Made by a program: the position numbers and the translations under genes. Shown here one piece after another: positions 51,848-60,981 of a stretch of 64,000 bases of DNA. The first letter of the stretch is position 1; every line of letters begins with the position of its first letter. The notes beneath the pieces are model-generated. The model searched no databases, was not told the DNA's origin, and saw nothing but the letters and a program-made list of their open reading frames with translations. The stretch is from Escherichia phage phT4A, in the sequence record NC_055712.1; one strand, 5' to 3'.

Positions 51848-54800
51848 GGCTGATTTAGCAAAAATTCAATTCCTACGTAGCACAGTTACGGGGAAAACAC
51901 CTACTACAAGTCAGCTTGCAGATGGTGAACTGGCGATCAACATGGCTGATTATGCCATTTACACGAAAAATGGTTCTTCGATCGTTCAGTTAGCGGGTAA
52001 AGGTATCCCAGAAACAAATACCAAAAAATTAACAGTTGATGGGCCTAGTGCTCTTAATGATACCGTTACCGTAGCGGAAGGTAAAACTATTACTTTCACC
52101 AACGAGGATTTAAGTGGTGGAATAACTCGTCATATCGTTGGCAAATGCGCCACTAATGATGGTTGGTACATCGGTTCCGGTGGTACAAGCAACAATGGTA
52201 TTCTTGAAATCGGTACTATTGATGACGGCGTTGAAACCATCCAGATCGTACAGCGCGGCGCAGGCAACGTTGAAGCCAGAAAGTTAGTCTTGCTTGATGG
52301 TTCGGGTAATACGAATCTTCCTGGTGATTTAAGATTAACCACCAATAAAGCTGTTAAAATTTCGAATGGAAGCACTCTTACACTAGAAATGGGCGTAGGT
52401 GCTAACGATGTATACATTAAAAACCTGAAAGGCTCTGGCGTTCTTCAATTAACCAATGATAGTAATCTGTCGTTCAGAAATTACCAGGTTTATTATGCCA
52501 TGAGTGGAAAAGGCCCTGGTAAAGATGGTACTCTTCTGACTAATGTAGAAAACGAGCGCCAACTTAAACAGGATAATTTCCCTATAACTACAGGCAACGA
52601 AGCTCGGTGGACTAAAGTTGCTCTTTTAGTAGACCCCGGCTCAGGGCCGAGTCGCTTGCAACTGATGGTGACGAACGGCGGTAACTTTGGTTCTACGCGT
52701 GGCTCTATCGACTTTATCGATTGTAGCGCTAGAAACTTTCCCGCAACATTAACAAGCAGTAACATTCGTTCTTATCTGCAAATTCGTCGAATCGGCGATC
52801 CTGGACTTGATGGCACAAACCAATTACGTTATAGTCTAGTTCGTACCTCTGAGGGTTTAGAACTGTGGTTTACACAACGCGCGTTTATTAGTGGTGTTAA
52901 AGTTGCTCTGCTGTCTATTGATGGTAATACTAAATATTATCTGCCTACTGGTTACACGACTACTTCAACTGCTCCAGAAGGTTTAGTTGAGAGTACGGCT
53001 ATTCGTATCTATGATGAGGTAAACAAGCCTAATCTCGACGATGGTACTGATGGTATTCTGTCTATTGCTAAAGGTGGTACAGGTGCAAGTACAGTAGATG
53101 CCGCTCGCACAAACTTAGGTTTGGGTACGGCTGCAACCCGTGATGTTGGTACAGGTTCCGGACAAGTAATGCTTGTTGGTGCTTACGGTTTAGGCGGTAA
53201 GGGTAAATCCTATAGTAGTTCAACCTCTCGCGATTACCTGAAACAACTGCGTGCTGATGGTTCTCAGTTCATGCGAAATACGCTTGGTACTGAAATTAAC
53301 TATGGTATGGGCGCAAGTTTTTATAGTTCCGTATCAGATGTTCATGCGGTGATCTCGGTCGATTGGAATACTGGACGCGTTAAAGTTGGTGCGACTAATG
53401 ATGCTAACTTGAACTCAGATACCGGAAAAATCAGCTCTCAGGAACTGTACGGTACTGCATTTAAACCAACTCCGGATGACGTAGGGGCTGTTGCTCGTAC
53501 TGGTGATACAATGTCTGGTGATTTGCTTATCAGTAAAGAGTCACCTGGGTTATTTTTGAATGCCACTAATGATACCGGAAACTCTGTAATTTGGTTTAGA
53601 AACAAAGGAGTTGAGACAGGTGCTGTATGGGCAATACCTAACACCGAGTCTTCGGGTGAGGTTCGAATTCGTGCTAGAACGACTGCTGGGGTCACAGGCG
53701 GCGAGTTCAAATTTAAATCTGACGGTACATTTACATCACCTGGTGATGTAAATATCACCAGCGGTGCTTTCAACGGTAAAAGTATCAACACTCAGTATGC
53801 GAACTTTAATAACACAAGTTCAACCACAACCGAACAAACCGTTACTATTAGTGGTTCACAGCACACTCCGCTGTTACTGGATAGACCGACTAACGCGAAC
53901 TTGTCTATCGGGTTTAAACTTTCCGGAATGAACATGAAACGTTTGGGTATTGATGTAAACGGTGATATTCATTACGGTGAAGCAGAAAACCAGACAAACA
54001 ACGCATGGCTGTTGACTTCGGATACAGTAAACAGATGGGTTGTTAACTTTGGTCGTGATATTAACGTTGCTGGTGTGGTTAATTCGACTGGTGGATTTGC
54101 TGGCCCTGTCGCAGCGTATGATTTGGCTGATGTTAAACTAGATCTTAATGATTTAACGCTAACTGGCGCTACCCCAGGCCATGTTAAAGTTTATTCATGC
54201 CCTAGTATGGGTGGCGGTAATAACATCACCAATAAACCTTCTGGCGTCGGTGGTAACTTTATTGTTATTGTTGAATGTCTCCGTAAAATAAACGATACCG
54301 ATTACACTAACCGTCAAGTATTACGCACATCTGATAGTAAACGCAGTTGGGAACGTTGGTTAACTGTTAGCGGTACTTCTAAAATCTGGACACCGTGGCG
54401 TGTTAATATTGTTAATGGGAATGATGACGATGTATCATTTAAATCCGTTACCACGACTACAGGAAACCTGAACAGCGGAAATGATTTGATTGTTGCTAAC
54501 AACGCTCGCGTAGGTGGTAACTTAGGGTTAGGTGGTGCTTCTTCAACGAAATACGCTGATAAAGGTGTTGTGATTGGCAAAGGTAGTGCTCTGTTAGAAA
54601 CTACTGATGGTCGTGTGATTATTGGTAGTTCTGGTGGTGGTAATGCTGTTGAATTGCGTCCCGGTGGCCCAACTCAAACCAACAACAGGATCAAAGTAAC
54701 TGCTACCTCTGGAAGTGGTGGTGATACTGCGATCGAGTATGAACAAGGCGCTAAAATTCGTGCTAATAATGGTGGTGATTTGATTGTTTCTGCTAAAGCA

Positions 54801-55823
54801 GGTCAAGCAATTTATCTGCGACCGCAAGGTGATGCATCCAGCACAAACGAAACCCGTATTGATGCAAACGGTAGTATCACGATTAACGGCAATATTAACG
54901 CCAACGGTACATTAACTTGTACTGGTGGTGCTGTTAACGGAGACTTGACTGTATCAGGAAAAGTAGATATCACTGGAAACCAGTTAAAAACTACATCGCT
55001 CTGGGTTACTGGAGATGCTGCTGTTAACGGTGTTTTAACTGTTGATGGAAGGGCTAGGTTTAATCAAGAGTTCATTGTATCAACTTCGGTTAACGTCCAG
55101 AACACTGGTAACAGTCATTTGGTCTTCCGTAAAGCTGATGGTACAGAAAAAGGACTTATTTGGGCTGATGAGCCTGGTAGCGTTAGTATAAGAGCAGGTG
55201 GTGTCTCTGGGCCAACGTGGAATTTCTGGAACAGTGGTTCTTGCCAATTCCCAGGTGCTATTAGTAACTTTAATGGTGTTAATAGTACTACTAATTACCC
55301 TGGCGGCGGAAGTGGCGCGTATTTAAATACCGCTGGCTTAACAAGTAGATTTAGTAATGGTGCTTATGTTTCCTTATACTTCCAAGAATATGTAGGAAAT
55401 TATCACCAGGCTATTCTTAATGTTAACGGCTATGGTCGAGATGACAATTTCTATTTCAGGGCCGGCGGTGACTTCTTCTGTACTCGTAACGGTTCTTTTG
55501 ATAACGTTGAGATTCGTTCTGACCGTAGAGCCAAATCGGATATCAAAGTTATTGAAAATGCTTTAGAAAAGGTTGAAACATTATCTGGTAATACTTATGA
55601 ACTTCATAACACTTCTGGCGGTACTACTCGTTCTGCTGGGTTGATTGCTCAGGAAGTTCAAGAAATCTTACCGGAAGCAGTTACTCAAGATAATGAAGAA
55701 GATGGCGGTATGCTTCGTCTGAATTATAACTCAGTAATTGCACTTCTTGTTGAATCTGTTAAAGAGCTTTCTGCCGAAGTTAAAAATCTTAAAGCAGAAA
55801 TTGAAGAACTTAAATCTAAATAA
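51848..55823 (+). CDS. second gp37-type distal tail fibre (fibre B) with C-terminal S74-type intramolecular chaperone domain
   Basis: Reads (M)ADLAKIQFLRSTVTGKTPT... from the gap edge; co-linear with fibre A at 70-95% aa identity over about 1100 aa, then a different tip. Confidence 0.8.
55518..55823 (+). other. C-terminal intramolecular chaperone (peptidase S74-like) domain of fibre B
   Basis: SDRRAKSDIK.IENALEKVETLSG.TYEL......RSAGLIAQEVQEILPEAV...........LNYNSVIALLVESVKEL matches the T5 pb1 / endosialidase CIMCD consensus. Confidence 0.8.
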
Positions 55824-55826
55824 TGC

Positions 55827-55850
55827 ATGGGGCTTCGGCCCCATCTTTTA
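55827..55850 (+). terminator. hairpin (atggggc-ttcg-gccccat) after fibre B
   Basis: 7-bp stem, ttcg loop, then ctttt. Confidence 0.5.
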
Positions 55851-55862
55851 GGAGAAATAACT

Positions 55863-56390
55863 ATGGCAGTAACAGGGCCGTGGGTCGGAAGTTCAGCAAA
55901 GGCTGAAACTGGTGAGTCGTGGATGGCTCAAGCTGGGGCCAAATTAAGAATAGGGACACCGTTTTGGATGTCTAATATGATTGGACAAAGCGTATTCCAT
56001 TTAATTTTCAGAATTAACTATGCACAGGGTTCTTCTGGTGATCCATCTAGATATAGAGGATTCTTTAAAAGAGGGTTAGCAGTAAGTGTAGGAGATTCTG
56101 CTAACCAACCGACGCTGAATGCGTTCCCTGGCGGAGATGTGGGTTCACTAGTAGCTATTACAAATATCAAAGGCGACCCTTATTGCCTTTCTATTTGGAA
56201 TGGTCAAGATAGGCGAGTTAAAGTTTCTATTTTTAGAAGCGATGGAGCCGAACAATACGATGTTTATTTTAGCGGAACTACTATGGCTGACGGGTGGAGA
56301 AGGTATAAATGCGAAGATGCTGGAGGTCTCAATGGGTATTTTGAGGCTAGAATGGATAACCAGTTTGGTGCTTTATTAGAATATGTTTGA
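55863..56390 (+). CDS. hypothetical protein in the gp38 position downstream of fibre B (possible fibre accessory/adhesin)
   Basis: 175 aa from the ATG at 55863 with AGGAG RBS; Gly/Ser/Trp-rich; no family recognised. Confidence 0.5.
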   Translation: MAVTGPWVGSSAKAETGESWMAQAGAKLRIGTPFWMSNMIGQSVFHLIFRINYAQGSSGDPSRYRGFFKRGLAVSVGDSANQPTLNAFPGGDVGSLVAITNIKGDPYCLSIWNGQDRRVKVSIFRSDGAEQYDVYFSGTTMADGWRRYKCEDAGGLNGYFEARMDNQFGALLEYV

Positions 56391-56444
56391 TAGGTAAACC
56401 AACAAATTCACCTCATAATATTAAATAGATTAAAAGGCTACCAT

Positions 56445-56513
56445 ACAGGTAGCCTTTTTGTTGTATCCTAAATATACGTATAGTAACCTAAGAAGAGTCT
56501 TATAAAAATGGCT
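56445..56513 (+). repeat. intergenic element copy 2 (terminator hairpin + AT box + ATGGCT holin start)
   Basis: About 90% identical to 51670-51747. Confidence 0.8.
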
Positions 56514-56742
56514 GAGAGAAATCCCGTAGATAAACTAGCCTTATTTGATCGGGTAATCTCGTTTGTGATGGGTGTGAAAACATGGAAACAATTGCTGATA
56601 AAAATAATTCTAATAATGGTTATGTTTCTTATGGTAGTAACTTGGTACAAATGGACTGATATATTCCCGATGATAAAAGGTGCCCTTGTAGTCGATACAA
56701 GGGCTATCGAAATGGAAAGAACTGAAAAGTTTAATCAATCCG
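56508..56742 (+). other. t: 5' portion of holin gene t, duplicated on the left side of a scaffold gap (probable unmerged contig overlap)
   Basis: 56506-56742 is identical base-for-base to 56843-57079. Confidence 0.85.
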
Positions 56743-56842
56743 NNNNNNNNNNNNNNNNNNNNNNNNNNNNNNNNNNNNNNNNNNNNNNNNNNNNNNNNNN
56801 NNNNNNNNNNNNNNNNNNNNNNNNNNNNNNNNNNNNNNNNNN
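56743..56842. other. scaffold gap (100 N), probably spurious
   Basis: Flanked by a 237-bp exact overlap. Confidence 0.95.
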
Positions 56843-56845
56843 AAA

Positions 56846-57493
56846 ATGGCTGAGAGAAATCCCGTAGATAAACTAGCCTTATTTGATCGGGTAATCTCGT
56901 TTGTGATGGGTGTGAAAACATGGAAACAATTGCTGATAAAAATAATTCTAATAATGGTTATGTTTCTTATGGTAGTAACTTGGTACAAATGGACTGATAT
57001 ATTCCCGATGATAAAAGGTGCCCTTGTAGTCGATACAAGGGCTATCGAAATGGAAAGAACTGAAAAGTTTAATCAATCCGCGTTGGAACAGTTGAGCATA
57101 GTTCATCTTACTTCCAACGCGGATTTTTCAGCGGTATTGGCATTCAGACCAAAGAATATAAACTATTTTGTTGACATTGTAGAATATCAGGGAAAACTAC
57201 CATCCCAGATCGATCCTAAAAACCTCGGCGGTTATCCGATCGATAAAACATCCGAAGAATACACGAATCATATAAATGGCTTGTATTATTCATCCACTAA
57301 AGCAAGTTCCTACCTACCGACACGTGGTTTTGTGCCAGTAGCTTATACTTTTAGTTGCCCTTATTTTAATCTTGATAACTACTATTCTGGATCGGTTTTG
57401 ATGGAATGGTACGCAAAGCGGCCTAATATACCAGATATGAAGCTAAACATCATATGTGGACAGGCCGCGCGTATTTTAGGTCGAGTGAGGTGA
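56846..57493 (+). CDS. t: holin T (lysis/lysis-inhibition)
   Basis: 215 aa; N-terminal TM segment, ALEQL.IVH..S.ADFSAV..FRPKN.NYFVDI..Y.GKLPS, LGGYP.DKT, SCPYFNLDN.Y.G, ICxQAARILGR match the T4 gpt holin. Confidence 0.93.
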   Translation: MAERNPVDKLALFDRVISFVMGVKTWKQLLIKIILIMVMFLMVVTWYKWTDIFPMIKGALVVDTRAIEMERTEKFNQSALEQLSIVHLTSNADFSAVLAFRPKNINYFVDIVEYQGKLPSQIDPKNLGGYPIDKTSEEYTNHINGLYYSSTKASSYLPTRGFVPVAYTFSCPYFNLDNYYSGSVLMEWYAKRPNIPDMKLNIICGQAARILGRVR

Positions 57494-57763
57494 TTAACGT
57501 AATGCTGGTGTTAAATTGTGTGTTCTTCCAATAGCCCGTTTGATTGCTTTAAAGAAGTTCATCACCGGGCTATTTTTCTCGTAAATATCCCAAACTTTCA
57601 ATTTGTCCCACGGATCCGGAACATAATCTTCATTCCTTGCCGAAAACCCCAACGTAACCCGCCTGTATCCAGCGCTGTCGTGATAATACACGAAGAATGG
57701 CCTACCTATTGGCGCAACTTTACAACCTCTCTTAGCGGCTCTCATAGCCTCATCGAACGTCAT
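57494..57763 (-). CDS. small hypothetical protein, possibly DUF2829-like
   Basis: 89 aa from internal ATG; FDEAMRAAKRGCKVA...PWDKLKVWDIYE loosely follows the DUF2829 pattern; low confidence. Confidence 0.4.
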   Translation of the reverse strand: MTFDEAMRAAKRGCKVAPIGRPFFVYYHDSAGYRRVTLGFSARNEDYVPDPWDKLKVWDIYEKNSPVMNFFKAIKRAIGRTHNLTPALR

Positions 57764-58050
57764 TGATACCCCCAAAAATTTCTATGCATGAATGGTCGAA
57801 TTCCGATAGTTTCACTCAAAATGAATATCGGATGATCTAGCTCATCGTGGTTTTCTTCGTCAATGACGATATCCCAATCAGTAGCCTTTTGTTCTTCTAC
57901 CGTGGCAATGAATACCTGGTTTACTTCACACTTGCGGTGTGTACGTCTGATGATTGTATCCCCTTCACGAAACACAATCATATCAGGGTTGGTAGTGCGG
58001 TACGCGGTTTTACCCGCGCACACTTCATTAAGCATATCTTCGTATGTCAT
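57760..58050 (-). CDS. hypothetical protein
   Basis: 96 aa ORF, translationally coupled. Confidence 0.5.
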   Translation of the reverse strand: MTYEDMLNEVCAGKTAYRTTNPDMIVFREGDTIIRRTHRKCEVNQVFIATVEEQKATDWDIVIDEENHDELDHPIFILSETIGIRPFMHRNFWGYQ

Positions 58051-58847
58051 TATAAAACCTTTACACGTTGAACGATGGTTTGTTTAACGTCTTTGTATTC
58101 TCCGTGCTCTTTAACGGTTGCTTTGAAAGTGATTTCATCACCTTCGTTTGCAATGTTATTACCGAAGTAAACAACAACATTACCATCAACATTAATTTTG
58201 GTCATGAATCTTTCTACAGAAGTGTAGTAAGAAACTTGAGTATATCCCAGTGAAATCACTTTCTCAACGGTTCCGGTCATTTCCAGACGCTGTTTGATTT
58301 CACCGATGTGGTTAGCTTTAGAAATGCGTTCCTGACGCTCTTGTTCCCACTGTTCGCGGATTTCTTCGCGTTTGGCGATATAATCCTTCTCCAGTGCAAC
58401 ACCCATGCAGTAAGCACACACGGCGTCAAATACAGGGCTGTTTTTGTTGTCTTCTTTAGACTGGTCAGCCCACCAAAGAACAGTAAACATTGGCATTTCT
58501 GCAATTACTTCGCCTTTACGCTTGCCAATCGGCATGATCCCTTTTTCCAGCAGTTCCAGTTTTTCAGTATCGAACACTGACAGTTTACCGCGACGTTCGA
58601 ACAGATCGAAATCTGCAAAGCCCTGGAATACCATTTTGAAAGTATCAGTTTCAGTTAAACGGGCTGAAACACGGTCGAAATACTCACGCGCTTTCGCTTC
58701 CGCTTTCTCCGGATCGGTAGATAAGTTGCAGATATAGTTATCAGAAGTATAACCGCCACCTCTACGCTCAACACGCAAGGTGTACATTGCATTTTTACGA
58801 CCAGAAGAAATGAAGTAAGTGGTAGTAACTACGGTTGCGTTAGTCAT
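58050..58847 (-). CDS. hypothetical protein
   Basis: 265 aa from the ATG at 58845-58847 with AAGGAG RBS 8 nt upstream; no family recognised. Confidence 0.55.
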   Translation of the reverse strand: MTNATVVTTTYFISSGRKNAMYTLRVERRGGGYTSDNYICNLSTDPEKAEAKAREYFDRVSARLTETDTFKMVFQGFADFDLFERRGKLSVFDTEKLELLEKGIMPIGKRKGEVIAEMPMFTVLWWADQSKEDNKNSPVFDAVCAYCMGVALEKDYIAKREEIREQWEQERQERISKANHIGEIKQRLEMTGTVEKVISLGYTQVSYYTSVERFMTKINVDGNVVVYFGNNIANEGDEITFKATVKEHGEYKDVKQTIVQRVKVL

Positions 58848-58897
58848 GGTATTTCTCCTTAAAGGGTATCTCGTTTCGATATGGCTAATATAGCAAA

Positions 58898-58925
58898 AGC
58901 CCCTGACCGAAGTCAAGGGCTTTTT
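58898..58925. terminator. bidirectional terminator hairpin (gcccctgac...gtcaagggc) flanked by A and T tracts
   Basis: Imperfect 9-bp inverted repeat with flanking A4/T5. Confidence 0.5.
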
Positions 58926-58927
58926 CA

Positions 58928-59155
58928 TCATTCATTCGAATCTTTCATTGTTTTATGAAGATGAATATCAAAAATTTTCCAGTACGCCTTTCCGCGAGGA
59001 TAAATTTTTGCTTTGTCAATATCGTTGTTGCTTCCCCATGTGTTGTTTGGGCCACGACATCGATTTTTTATATAATCTGTATGCCAGAATAAGCGCTGAA
59101 CCGATGATTCCGTACCTAATGGATCTTCTTTACTGAACAGAATTTGTATACTCAT
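58928..59155 (-). CDS. small hypothetical protein
   Basis: 75 aa ORF between the terminator and the upstream gene. Confidence 0.4.
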   Translation of the reverse strand: MSIQILFSKEDPLGTESSVQRLFWHTDYIKNRCRGPNNTWGSNNDIDKAKIYPRGKAYWKIFDIHLHKTMKDSNE

Positions 59156-59571
59156 AAGAAGAACCCTGTTCTAACTACTAAATCGATCTGTTTTTCCGGT
59201 ATCAGTGGCACATCTGCATCAACGTTGCACTGATAATACATCCCGACATACTCATGAGGAATGTTGGATTCACTCGCCCATGCCAGGTTGTCGTCTGTAC
59301 GCGGCCCTAACATGAGGTTAACGATATCGACAGCGCGATCCTGTTCTGGGGTGTTGTTGCATCCGTTCACATAATGCCCGTGAGCGGTTTTGAGGATTTC
59401 AATGATATCTTCGTCGGCTTCAACGAGATACAGCCCCGTGTTTTCTGGGATTTCCTCAAGAATAATCAAAGCGGTTTTCATCACACTTACCTTTATGTTT
59501 CTGCTTACGTTTTGCTTCTTTAAGTGCTCGCTTGCGATCGCGGTGAGTAGAAGCGCGGTTAATCCATGCAT
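59152..59571 (-). CDS. hypothetical protein (start uncertain; alternative ATG at 59481)
   Basis: 139 aa ORF; acidic. Confidence 0.45.
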   Translation of the reverse strand: MHGLTALLLTAIASEHLKKQNVSRNIKVSVMKTALIILEEIPENTGLYLVEADEDIIEILKTAHGHYVNGCNNTPEQDRAVDIVNLMLGPRTDDNLAWASESNIPHEYVGMYYQCNVDADVPLIPEKQIDLVVRTGFFL

Positions 59572-59589
59572 GTTTCGCTACCAGATTGT

Positions 59590-59820
59590 TCATCGAGGAT
59601 ATAATGGCACATGATGTTGAATACTGACTTCACCATACATTTTTACGATAGTTAAGCTATCAGATCCTTTAACAATTCTGTATTTTTCTGGAACAACGCG
59701 GTCGATTTCTTTTTTGACGAAGTTAAGCAATCCGAAGTCATCTATATCTTTTGGTGCTTTGGAAATAGAAGACAGTGATACTCGTTGACGCGAATCATAG
59801 TACGAAGAAATTACAAACAT
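59590..59820 (-). CDS. small hypothetical protein
   Basis: 76 aa ORF. Confidence 0.4.
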   Translation of the reverse strand: MFVISSYYDSRQRVSLSSISKAPKDIDDFGLLNFVKKEIDRVVPEKYRIVKGSDSLTIVKMYGEVSIQHHVPLYPR

Positions 59821-59864
59821 ATATTATTTTCCTTATTGGGGCTTTTCAGCCCCATTTTAGAGAA

Positions 59865-60113
59865 TTAATCCAGCAATTTGCGGATCTTGTCTGCGATACG
59901 TCCGGCACGGGTTGCGCTTTCGGTATGATTGCTTTCTTTGGTAGCCAGTTCAGCCAGCTTACGCTGATGTTCTTCTTCTGCTGCTTGGCGATCTGCTGCA
60001 ACCTGTGCAACCTGCTCATTATCGTGAGCAATACGCGCTTCCAGTTCAGACAGGGTTTTGTCGAAAGTTGCTACGATTTCATCTACAGAACGAATTTTAT
60101 TAAACAGTTTCAT
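59865..60113 (-). CDS. small coiled-coil protein
   Basis: 82 aa, Ala/Glu/Arg-rich heptad-like sequence. Confidence 0.45.
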   Translation of the reverse strand: MKLFNKIRSVDEIVATFDKTLSELEARIAHDNEQVAQVAADRQAAEEEHQRKLAELATKESNHTESATRAGRIADKIRKLLD

Positions 60114-60149
60114 AATTTATCTCAATTGGTTAGTTTTAATCAGTATACA

Positions 60150-60587
60150 TCAATACGGCTGGAATTCAAAATCATAAATGTCATTCAGTGCGCGGTTCCA
60201 CTCGGTGTAGTTTTCACCAGCACCATAACGCATTTGAATAGCACTTTCGAACGTTGATCCGTTGAGGTTCGGGAAACCGAACAGGTTTTTGATTTTGTCA
60301 TGTGCTACATAGTACAAAGAAGCACTTTCCAGCATCGCAACCATCGCAGACGGTTCGTGTTCGCGGCGCTTGATACGTAACAGAGTACGACTAGCACCAG
60401 TTTTACGGCGTTGATTTGGTGCTACGTAGAAACGGAATACTACGCGCCCTGTTTTATCATCAACTACCAGGTAAAACCCGTTTTCTTTCAGATCCACGCC
60501 TTCGAATTTCTTGAAGGTTCCGCGTTTCATGTCACCAATTTTAATTGCATATTTGTGAATGTCAAGTCTTGTCAGAATTCTTTTCAT
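60150..60587 (-). CDS. ndd: nucleoid disruption protein Ndd-like
   Basis: 145 aa; FYLVVDDKTGR..FRFYVAPNQRRKTG and C-terminal YTEWNRALNDIYDFEFQPY resemble T4 Ndd (FYFLVSKLDGR..ARFYVGNQRSKQG; ..FKFVLQAY). Confidence 0.6.
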   Translation of the reverse strand: MKRILTRLDIHKYAIKIGDMKRGTFKKFEGVDLKENGFYLVVDDKTGRVVFRFYVAPNQRRKTGASRTLLRIKRREHEPSAMVAMLESASLYYVAHDKIKNLFGFPNLNGSTFESAIQMRYGAGENYTEWNRALNDIYDFEFQPY

Positions 60588-60936
60588 ATTTTTTAGATAC
60601 CAGTTTGCCTAATTTTGTAATTTCGCCTGTTTTTACGTTAACAAACAAGGCGATGCTCAGAAATGGGATGCTAATCACTACGCTGATCAATGTAAACAGA
60701 AAACGTATCACAAAAAGAACAGCACGTTCAAGATATCGTTGCATCCACGCGATTCCTAAACAACTATACCCTACTATAAAGGTGGTTGCAACATAAAATG
60801 CACCAAATCCTTTACGAAATACGTAACCTTTCCCGGATTCTATCCGGTCGTCGGCCCACATTTCACGGGCAGTTTTCAGAATAGATTCACCACTAGCGCG
60901 AGTTTCGTTAGCCGAAGGCATGTTTTTAAATTTCAT
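60562..60936 (-). CDS. hypothetical membrane protein
   Basis: 124 aa with two hydrophobic segments. Confidence 0.5.
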   Translation of the reverse strand: MKFKNMPSANETRASGESILKTAREMWADDRIESGKGYVFRKGFGAFYVATTFIVGYSCLGIAWMQRYLERAVLFVIRFLFTLISVVISIPFLSIALFVNVKTGEITKLGKLVSKKYEKNSDKT

Positions 60937-60981
60937 GATAGTCTCCTATGCGCCCAGAACTCTCCAGGCGCGGTTGTTTAG

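Noticed and set aside
56508-56867. 119-aa ORF containing an X run and a 215-aa holin copy
   Set aside because: Not a second holin gene with confidence: the 237 bp on either side of the gap are identical, as expected for an unmerged contig overlap.
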